64,000 nucleotides of DNA from an uncultured Rhizobiaceae bacterium (GTDB lineage: Bacteria; Pseudomonadota; Alphaproteobacteria; UBA828), in the NCBI GenBank assembly GCA_964429775.1, contig CAYSDJ010000003.1, positions 75,129 through 139,128 on the forward strand. The letters are read 5' to 3'. Position 1 is the stretch's first letter. Each line of letters starts with the position of its first letter. Under the pieces are notes generated by a model that was given only the letters and a program-made list of their open reading frames with translations, was not told the DNA's origin and ran no database searches. Below, in pieces: positions 57,000 to 64,000 of the stretch. Made by a program: the position numbers and the translations under genes.

Positions 57000-58816
57000 G
57001 TTCTGCTCCGGCAATCATTGTCCTCGGGCCGTCCGGTCTGGAGACGGCGCGCCGTGCCCAGGCGGTGTTGCCCGGCGCGGAGTTGCATGGCCTGGCCAAA
57101 CGGGTGAGCGAGGCGGATGTCTATTTCGACCACACCGCCCAGCATCTCGGCGCGCTCTTCCTGGCCGGGCGGCCGATCATTGCGCTGGCTGCCGCCGGTA
57201 TCGTCATTCGCTGTCTGGCAACGCATCTTGCTGATAAGACGCAGGAGCCGCCGGTTGTTGCCCTTGCCGAAGACGGCAGCCATGCCGTGCCGTTGCTCGG
57301 CGGCCATCACGGCGCCAACCGCTTGGCCCGGGAATTGGCGGCGGCGCTCGGTGGCCGGGCGGCGATTACCACGGCGGGCGAACTGGCTCTTGGATTGTCC
57401 TTCGATGACCCACCCGAGGGCTGGCGGATGGAGCCCGGTGGTGCGGCTAAAAAAGCGACGGCTGCGCTGTTGGCGGGAGAGGCTGTGGCGCTTGATGATC
57501 CGTTCGGGCTTGCGGATTGGCTGCGTGACAGCCCTGCTATATTTGATGGCAGCGCGCCCCGCAATGTGGCGGTCTCGGTAAATGTCGAAACCCCGGCCGA
57601 TATTACCCTCCGACCGCAAATATTGGCGCTCGGCATTGGCTGCGAACGCGGCGCGGCGGCGGAGGAAGTTTCGGCACTGATCGCGCGAACGCTCGCCGAG
57701 GCCGGGCTCAGCCCGCTCGCCGTCGCCTGTATGGCCTCGGTCGATGTCAAAATGGACGAACCGGCGCTGCGCCGCGTCGCGCGGCAGTCCGGATTGGCGC
57801 TGCGCTTTTTCGATGCGGCGCGCCTGGAGGAGGAGACGCCGCGCCTCGCCAACCCGTCCGATACGGTGTTCCGCGCGGTCGGCTGTCATGGTGTTGCCGA
57901 AGCGGCGGCGCTGGCGTGCAGCGGCACCGATGGCGAGTTAGTCGTGACAAAACAAAAATCAGCTCGCGCGACCTGTGCCGTGGCGCGGGCCAACGCGATC
58001 ATCCAGCCCGATCTGCTCGGGCGTGGCCTCGGGCGGCTGACCATTGTCGGCATCGGGCCGGGCGATGCCGCATGGCGCACACCGGCGGTGAACGAGGCAT
58101 TGCTACGGGCCGGCGATGTCGTCGGTTACGGCCTCTATCTCGATCTTGTCGCACCGCTGATAGCCGGTAAACAACGCCATGAATTTGCCCTCGGTGAGGA
58201 GGAACGGCGTGTCCGCGCCGCGTTAGATTTGGCGGCCGAGGGGCGCGAAGTGGCGTTGGTTTCATCGGGTGACGCCGGCATATTCGCCATGGCGGCGCTC
58301 GCTTTTGAGCTTTTGGATCGAGAGGCGGCGCCCGAATGGCGCGCCATTGAAATCAGCGTCGAACCGGGAATATCGGCCTTGCAGGCGGCGGCGGCGCGGG
58401 CCGGCGCGCCGCTCGGCCATGATTTCTGCGCCATCTCGCTGTCCGATCTGATGACGCCTTGGGCGGTTATCGAAAAGCGGCTCCAGGCAGCAGCGTCGGC
58501 GGATTTCGTTGTGGCGCTCTATAATCCGGCATCAAAGAAACGCCGTCAAGGTTTGGCCCGGGCGGTGGAGATTTTCGCCGACGCGCGGCCCGCCGATTGC
58601 CCGGTTATCGTCGCGCGAAATCTCGGCAGGGCCGGTGAGCATGTCGAGATCATTGCACTGAGCGAATTTGATCCCGATTCCATCGACATGCTGACATTGG
58701 TGATGATCGGCGGCAGCGAGACGCGGGCGATCGACAGTGGCGACGGAAAGCGCGTCTATACGCCGCGTGGTTATGGCGATGCGGCAAAACAAAAAGCAAA
58801 GCGGCAGGCACTATGA
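56990..58816 (+). CDS. cobJ: Fusion of CbiG-like (cobalt-precorrin-5A hydrolase / CobE) with precorrin-3B C17-methyltransferase CobJ
   Basis: The N-terminal roughly 330 aa are CbiG N and C domains. The C-terminal roughly 260 aa form a TP-methylase (LTIVGIGPGDAAW). Confidence 0.85.
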   Translation: MEMSSAPAIIVLGPSGLETARRAQAVLPGAELHGLAKRVSEADVYFDHTAQHLGALFLAGRPIIALAAAGIVIRCLATHLADKTQEPPVVALAEDGSHAVPLLGGHHGANRLARELAAALGGRAAITTAGELALGLSFDDPPEGWRMEPGGAAKKATAALLAGEAVALDDPFGLADWLRDSPAIFDGSAPRNVAVSVNVETPADITLRPQILALGIGCERGAAAEEVSALIARTLAEAGLSPLAVACMASVDVKMDEPALRRVARQSGLALRFFDAARLEEETPRLANPSDTVFRAVGCHGVAEAAALACSGTDGELVVTKQKSARATCAVARANAIIQPDLLGRGLGRLTIVGIGPGDAAWRTPAVNEALLRAGDVVGYGLYLDLVAPLIAGKQRHEFALGEEERRVRAALDLAAEGREVALVSSGDAGIFAMAALAFELLDREAAPEWRAIEISVEPGISALQAAAARAGAPLGHDFCAISLSDLMTPWAVIEKRLQAAASADFVVALYNPASKKRRQGLARAVEIFADARPADCPVIVARNLGRAGEHVEIIALSEFDPDSIDMLTLVMIGGSETRAIDSGDGKRVYTPRGYGDAAKQKAKRQAL

Positions 58817-59571
58817 CGGTACATTTTATTGGCGCCGGCCCGGGCGCGGCCGATTTGATGACATTGCGCGGCATGAAGCTATTGCGTGAAGCGCAGGTAG
58901 TGCTCTTTGCCGGCTCGCTCATTCCCGAGGAATTAGTCGCCGAGGCGGACAAACGCGCACGGGTGATCGATACCGCTCCGCTCAATTTGGATGAAATTAT
59001 TGCCGAGATGGAGGTGGCGCATGCGGCCAGTCATGATGTGGCGCGTCTCCATTCCGGCGACCCGTCGCTTTATGGCGCCATCGCCGAACAGATGCGGCGC
59101 TTGAAAGCGCTCGGTATCGATTATGATATTATCCCCGGCGTGCCCGCTTACGCCGCCGCCGCCGCGGCGCTCGGACGCGAGCTCACGCTCCCCGGAATCG
59201 TCCAAACCATTATTCTCACCCGCACGGCGGTGCGCGCCTCAGCCATGCCGCCCGGTGAGGAGCTGGAAAATCTTGCCGCCACCGGGGCGACGCTGGCGAT
59301 CCATCTCTCGATCAACAATTTGGTTCCGGTGATACGGCAGCTGACGCCGCATTATGGCGATGATTGTCCGGTCGCCATTGCCTATCGGGTGAGCTGGCCG
59401 GATGAGCAGCTGATTAGCGGCACACTCAGCACCATCCGCGACAAGGTCAAGCCGCTTGGCCTCACCCGCACCGCTCTCATTCTTGTCGGCCAGGCGCTGG
59501 GTGGTGCGGCGTTCGACGATAGCCAATTATACAACCCAAGCCACAGCCACGTGCTGCGCCCGCCTAAGTAA
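58813..59571 (+). CDS. cobM: Precorrin-4 C11-methyltransferase
   Basis: Motif VHFIGAGPGAADLMT, the TP-methylase signature. Confidence 0.9.
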   Translation: MTVHFIGAGPGAADLMTLRGMKLLREAQVVLFAGSLIPEELVAEADKRARVIDTAPLNLDEIIAEMEVAHAASHDVARLHSGDPSLYGAIAEQMRRLKALGIDYDIIPGVPAYAAAAAALGRELTLPGIVQTIILTRTAVRASAMPPGEELENLAATGATLAIHLSINNLVPVIRQLTPHYGDDCPVAIAYRVSWPDEQLISGTLSTIRDKVKPLGLTRTALILVGQALGGAAFDDSQLYNPSHSHVLRPPK

Positions 59572-60319
59572 CGCGCAACCAATCGAGCGCCGCGTCGATG
59601 GTCTCCACAGTGTCGCCCGGTGGCGGCGCGGGACGGCGCAGCATGATAACAGGTATATCAAGCGCCCGCGCGGCGTCGATTTTTCCCTTGGTGGCCTCGC
59701 CGCCGCTCGCCCGGGTGACGAGCAAATCAATGCGGTGCTGTTTGAGAAGCTGCTGCTCGCTCGCGGCGTCGAATGGCCCACGGCCAAGAATAAGTTCGGC
59801 CTGATCGAGCGGCAGCGCTTCCTCTGGCGCGTCGATCAGGCGCACTAAAAACCACGTGTCTCGAAGCCCAGCGAAATGTTCGAGGGCGCGTGTGCCGAGG
59901 CTGAGAAACGCGCGCCGGCCAAGGGTGGGAATCATCTCCGCCGCTGCTGCCATATCCGCTGCCTCATGCCAGCGGTCGCCTTCTTCCTTGCTCCAGGGCG
60001 GGCGCAACAGGGTGAGGCACGGCGTCGCCGTGGCGGCGGCAGCGAGGCAGGCATGCTTGCTGATCTCGGCAGCGAAGGGGTGGCTGGCGTCGATCAGATA
60101 ATCGGCGGAGATATCTCTTAGATAGCTGGCCAGCCCCGCCACACCTCCGAAGCCGCCCGTGCGTACCTCGCCGCTAATGCTGCCCGGCGCGGCGGTGCGT
60201 CCGGCGAGGGAGGAAATCACCCGCAAATCATCGCCAAAGGCTGCCGTGACTGCCTCGGCCAATTCAATCGCCTCGCCGGTGCCGCCGATGATGAGCAATG
60301 TGGGCTTATGGCTGGGCAT
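59564..60319 (-). CDS. cobK: Precorrin-6A reductase
   Basis: CobK/CbiJ family (LLIIGGTGEA...). The gene converges with cobM with an 8-nt overlap. Confidence 0.9.
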   Translation of the reverse strand: MPSHKPTLLIIGGTGEAIELAEAVTAAFGDDLRVISSLAGRTAAPGSISGEVRTGGFGGVAGLASYLRDISADYLIDASHPFAAEISKHACLAAAATATPCLTLLRPPWSKEEGDRWHEAADMAAAAEMIPTLGRRAFLSLGTRALEHFAGLRDTWFLVRLIDAPEEALPLDQAELILGRGPFDAASEQQLLKQHRIDLLVTRASGGEATKGKIDAARALDIPVIMLRRPAPPPGDTVETIDAALDWLRVT

Positions 60320-61391
60320 GGCCGATCAACTTTCCCGAACGGTCGAAGACCGCCACATCGACGTCAATATCAGCCTCACCCAACCGGTCCTTAATCACGC
60401 TGAGCGCTTCCGCCGCGACCCGCCCGGCGAGCGGCAAATCACCGGCCAAGGCAAGAATGGCTCCGGCAGAAGCAGAATCGCGCGCTTGGTCGATCTTTTC
60501 CGATGCCGCCCCGAGTTCGGACAGTTGTGCCGCCAGGGCATCGATATCCACTTCGCTGCGTCCGGAATGAAGATCCATATGGCCCTGAGCGAGCTTGGAT
60601 ATCTTGGCGAAGCCGCCGGCGATGGTGAGCCGGGGCACCGGATGGCGACGGAGATATTTTAGCAGCGCACCGGCAAAATCGCCCATCTCCAGGAGCGCCT
60701 GTTCATCCAGCCCATGCAGCTCGCGCACCGCCGCTTCCGAAGTCTTGCCCGTGGCGCCGGCGACATGTTTGAGGCCTGTGGCGCGGGCCACATCCACACC
60801 TTGATGGATCGACGCAATCCAAGCCGAGCAGGAATAGGGCGTGACGATGCCGGTGGTGCCGAGGATCGAGAGGCCGCCGACGATGCCGAGGCGGGCATTC
60901 ATGGTGCGTGCGGCGAGCTTTTCACCCTCGGCGACGGAGATGGTAATTTCGACATCGCCTGGCGCGCCGTGCGCTGCCGCAAGCTGTGCGATCGCCGCCG
61001 TCATCATGCGGCGCGGCACCGGATTGATCGCCGGCTCACCGACCGCCACGGGCAGGCCGGGCAGGGTCACGGTGCCGACGCCTTCACCGGCGCGGAAAGA
61101 GACGCCGCTGCCGGCCTCGCCGAGGCGGACTTTGGCCCAGATCAGCGCCTGGTGCGTTACATCCGGATCGTCGCCGGCGTCCTTGATAATGGCGGCGCTC
61201 GCGGCCTTTGCCGAAAGTTTCGTTTCGGCCAGGGCGAAGGCCGGCGTTTCGCCGCGCGGCAGGGTGATCGTCACCGGGTCTTCGAAATGGCCGGTGAGCA
61301 GTGCGCCATAGGCGGCTTGCGCCGCGGCGGTGGCGCAGGCACCGGTGCTCCAGCCCTTGCGTAAGCGTGATTTCTTGGAATCGTCATCCAT
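60306..61391 (-). CDS. cbiD: CbiD-type C1 methyltransferase (cobalt-precorrin-5B methyltransferase homolog, substituting for CobF)
   Basis: Motif LRKGWSTGACATAAAQAA, the CbiD N-terminal signature. Confidence 0.9.
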   Translation of the reverse strand: MDDDSKKSRLRKGWSTGACATAAAQAAYGALLTGHFEDPVTITLPRGETPAFALAETKLSAKAASAAIIKDAGDDPDVTHQALIWAKVRLGEAGSGVSFRAGEGVGTVTLPGLPVAVGEPAINPVPRRMMTAAIAQLAAAHGAPGDVEITISVAEGEKLAARTMNARLGIVGGLSILGTTGIVTPYSCSAWIASIHQGVDVARATGLKHVAGATGKTSEAAVRELHGLDEQALLEMGDFAGALLKYLRRHPVPRLTIAGGFAKISKLAQGHMDLHSGRSEVDIDALAAQLSELGAASEKIDQARDSASAGAILALAGDLPLAGRVAAEALSVIKDRLGEADIDVDVAVFDRSGKLIGHAQP

Positions 61392-61440
61392 GGCCGCAGT
61401 TTAGCTCGCCGCCCCCCGGGCGCGCGTGTAAAATCGCCGC

Positions 61441-62283
61441 ATGAGTGACGCCAATTCGAATTTTCCGGAAATGCCGGCTTTCGAGCCCGGCAGCGTGTGG
61501 CTGGTCGGCGCCGGCCCGGGCGATCCCGGCCTGTTGTCGCTGCTTGCCTTTCACGCTCTGGGTGAAGCCGATGATATTGTTTATGACGCCCTGGTGGGCG
61601 AGGGCATTCTCGCTTTGGCGCGGCCCGAGGCGGTGCTGCATCATGCCGGCAAGCGCGGCGGCAAGCCCTCGGCCAAACAGGCAGATATCACCGAGAAACT
61701 GATCGAATTGGCGCGCGCCGGGCGCAAGGTGCTGCGCCTCAAGGGCGGCGATCCGTTCATTTTCGGGCGCGGCGGCGAGGAAGCGCTGGCGCTCGCGGCA
61801 GCAGCGGTGCCGTTTCGCCTCGTGCCGGGTATCACGGCGGCGGTGGCCGGCCTTGCCTATGCCGGCATTCCGATCACCGACCGGCGGGTTAATTCCGCCG
61901 TCACCTTTATTACCGGGCATGAAGCCGGCGGCGGGCCGCCCGAGGGCCTCGATTGGCCGGCGCTGGCAAGCGGTGCGCCGGTGCTGATCCTCTATATGGC
62001 GCTCAAGCATCTCGCCTGGATGGCCGAGCGCCTGATTGGCGCCGGGCTAAACCCCGACACGGCAGTGGTGTTGATCAGCAAGGCGACCACCCGGGATCAG
62101 CATATTGTTGAGACCCACCTCGCGGCGGCGGCGGCCGATGCCGAGGCGGCCGGCATCGAAGCGCCGGCGATTGTCGCGATCGGCGATGTGGTCGATTTGC
62201 GCGCCGCGCTTGACCCCAACGCCACGCCCGAGGCGCGCGCCCACGCGGTACGGGAGCTCGGCCACCGGTGCGATGACGATTAG
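61441..62283 (+). CDS. cobA: Uroporphyrinogen-III C-methyltransferase (SUMT)
   Basis: Motif VWLVGAGPGDPGLLSL. Confidence 0.9.
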   Translation: MSDANSNFPEMPAFEPGSVWLVGAGPGDPGLLSLLAFHALGEADDIVYDALVGEGILALARPEAVLHHAGKRGGKPSAKQADITEKLIELARAGRKVLRLKGGDPFIFGRGGEEALALAAAAVPFRLVPGITAAVAGLAYAGIPITDRRVNSAVTFITGHEAGGGPPEGLDWPALASGAPVLILYMALKHLAWMAERLIGAGLNPDTAVVLISKATTRDQHIVETHLAAAAADAEAAGIEAPAIVAIGDVVDLRAALDPNATPEARAHAVRELGHRCDDD

Positions 62284-62336
62284 CGCCCGCCACACCGCTT
62301 GATGCGCTTGTCACGGGCGCTTATCTTTACGGCCAA

Positions 62337-63023
62337 ATGGATTTTCTTAAACTTCAAAGACCGCGTGACGGTGGCCCTGGCGGCGAAGGCGGCCCTGGTG
62401 ACCCGAACGACCCACGCCGGCTGCGGCGCAATCCGCTGGTCTGGATCGCCGTGATCGGCGCCATTCTTCTCTATACCCAATATGAAGGCGGTGGTTTGCC
62501 CGGCAGCCAGGATGAAACGCGCGCGCGCATCGATCAGATAACCGATGTCGGCGGCCCGTTTGAATTGACCGATCACAATGGCCGCATGGTGAGCGCCGCA
62601 AGTTTCCAGGGCGACTACATGCTGGTTTATTTTGGCTACACCTGGTGCCCCGATGTTTGCCCGGTCGACGTGCTGGTGATGGGCCAGGCGGTGGAGATGC
62701 TGGGCGGGGCCGGTGAGCAGGTGCAGCCGCTCTTTATCACTGTTGACCCGGCGCGCGACACGGTGAGTTCGCTGGCCAAGTTCGCCGCCCATTTTCATCC
62801 CCGCCTGCTTGCCCTGACCGGCAACGAGGCGCAGGTCGCAGCGGCGGCGGAGGCCTATAAGGTCTATTACGGCAAGGGCGAGGAGCGTGAATCGCCTGAC
62901 GATTATCTCGTCGATCACACCGATTATATGTATCTCATGGGCCCCGACGGCGCCTTTCTCGAGGTTTTTCCGCATGGCATGAGGCCAGCGGAGATCGCTC
63001 ACGCCATAGGGCAGTATTTGTGA
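62337..63023 (+). CDS. SCO1/SenC family copper chaperone / thiol-disulfide oxidoreductase
   Basis: A TM is followed by the thioredoxin-like YFGYTWCPDVCP (CxxxC) and a conserved His region. Confidence 0.85.
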   Translation: MDFLKLQRPRDGGPGGEGGPGDPNDPRRLRRNPLVWIAVIGAILLYTQYEGGGLPGSQDETRARIDQITDVGGPFELTDHNGRMVSAASFQGDYMLVYFGYTWCPDVCPVDVLVMGQAVEMLGGAGEQVQPLFITVDPARDTVSSLAKFAAHFHPRLLALTGNEAQVAAAAEAYKVYYGKGEERESPDDYLVDHTDYMYLMGPDGAFLEVFPHGMRPAEIAHAIGQYL

Positions 63024-64000
63024 GTATCGCGCCGGGGCTGATTATCGCGGCGCCGGCTTCCGGCTCCGGCAAGACGGTTCTCACATTGGGGTTGCTGCGC
63101 CACTGGCAGCGCTCCGGCATCGCGGTTGCGCCTTTTAAAGCCGGCCCGGATTATATCGATGCCGCCTTTCATAGCGCGGCGGCGGGGCGCGCCTGCGTCA
63201 ATCTCGACATCTGGGCGATGCGCGAAGAAATTCTGGCTTCTTGTGCCGACGCTCTCTCCAGGGATGCGGCGTTTGTTCTCGGCGAAGGCGTGATGGGGCT
63301 GTTTGACGGCGCCGTCGAGGGCGGCGGGGCAAGTGCCGATCTCGCCGCCCGGCTCGGCATACCGGTCGCGCTTGCTGTCGATGTGCGCGGCCAGGGCGCT
63401 TCGGTGGCGGCGCTGGTCGAGGGCTTTGCCCGCCATCGCGCCGATGTCGATGTGGCGGCAGTTATTCTCAATCATGTCGCCAGCGCCCGCCACGAAGCGA
63501 TGCTGTGCACCGCATTGGCGCCAACCGGCGTGCCGGTATTGGGCGCCGTTCCACGCGCCCCATCTCTGGCTTTGCCGGCACGCCATCTCGGTTTGGTTCA
63601 GGCCGGTGAGCGGGATGACCTGCACACATTCCTCGATGCCGCCGCCGATCTGGTGGCAGAACATGTCGATGGCGATGCCTTGCGCGCCCTCGGCCGGCCA
63701 TTGAGCGAGCCGTCGGACGCTGCGCCGCCCGTTCCATTGCCGCCGCTCGGCCAGCATATCGCCGTGGCGCGCGATCAGGCATTTGCCTTCAGCTATGAGG
63801 CGGTGCTGGCCGGCTGGCGCCGGGCCGGGGCAGCGCTCAGTTTTTTCTCGCCGCTCGCAGACGAAGCGCCGGCGGTGGACGCCGATGCGGTCTATTTGCC
63901 TGGCGGCTATCCCGAATTACAAGCCGGGCGGCTCGCCGCCAATGAGCGCTTCTGGGGCGGCTTGCGCGGCGCGGCGGAGGCCGGCGCCTGGGTTTACGGC
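63020..64000 (+). CDS. cobB: Cobyrinic acid a,c-diamide synthase, 3' end beyond the window
   Basis: The N-terminus is ...GLIIAAPASGSGKTVLTLGLL... The GTG start overlaps the SCO1 stop as GTGA. The ORF is absent from the track because no stop lies in the window. Confidence 0.85.
   Translation, partial: MSIAPGLIIAAPASGSGKTVLTLGLLRHWQRSGIAVAPFKAGPDYIDAAFHSAAAGRACVNLDIWAMREEILASCADALSRDAAFVLGEGVMGLFDGAVEGGGASADLAARLGIPVALAVDVRGQGASVAALVEGFARHRADVDVAAVILNHVASARHEAMLCTALAPTGVPVLGAVPRAPSLALPARHLGLVQAGERDDLHTFLDAAADLVAEHVDGDALRALGRPLSEPSDAAPPVPLPPLGQHIAVARDQAFAFSYEAVLAGWRRAGAALSFFSPLADEAPAVDADAVYLPGGYPELQAGRLAANERFWGGLRGAAEAGAWVYG

Overview
This is a GC-rich (about 65%) chromosomal segment that looks alphaproteobacterial, based on RegB/RegA, PhaR, ExoP-type Wzc and a CobN-type cob cluster. 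All gene calls are by eye from the six-frame track; no searches were run. Contents, left to right:

- **PHA module (1-2.8 kb):** phaE-like, phaC (class III-type, GYCMGG lipase box) and phaB (partial) on the minus strand, with a divergent phaR.
- **c-di-GMP gene (2.9-4.7 kb):** a PAS-GGDEF(degenerate)-EAL gene whose 3' end lies in a 3x 25-bp tandem repeat.
- **AT-rich island:** about 240 bp at 4.74-4.98 kb.
- **Housekeeping genes:** acyl-CoA ligase, panE, ridA, ggt, two paralogous secreted Cys proteins, nudF.
- **Wzx/Wzy-type polysaccharide locus (about 23 kb, 11.9-35.2 kb):** contents are
  - an O-antigen-ligase-like gene;
  - a hypothetical-wzc-wza-OMP export operon;
  - a 520-bp AT-rich divergent control region;
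  - a gmd-fcl-gmhB-gmhA-oxidoreductase-aminotransferase-uxs-GT4-PGT-wzx operon;
  - a convergent wzy;
  - a terminal trio of VanZ-like, APH-like kinase and Sel1/ankyrin membrane protein.

  The uxs gene in this operon is broken by a perfect 40-bp tandem duplication.
- **Small gene unit (35.2-35.6 kb):** a compact promoter / 7-codon uORF / 49-aa ORF unit not in the ORF track.
- **Further genes:** MmcB-like nuclease, a lower-GC degenerate GGDEF/EAL protein, regB-regA, an ABC-2 exporter.
- **Cobalamin cluster (41-64 kb):** cobT, cobS, cobC, a B12 riboswitch, cobU, a BtuF-like gene, cobW, cobN, cobO, cobQ, cobD, cbiX, cobH, cobL, cobI, a cbiG-cobJ fusion, cobM, cobK, cbiD, cobA, a SCO1/SenC gene and cobB (partial).

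I found no tRNA, rRNA, CRISPR or IS element.
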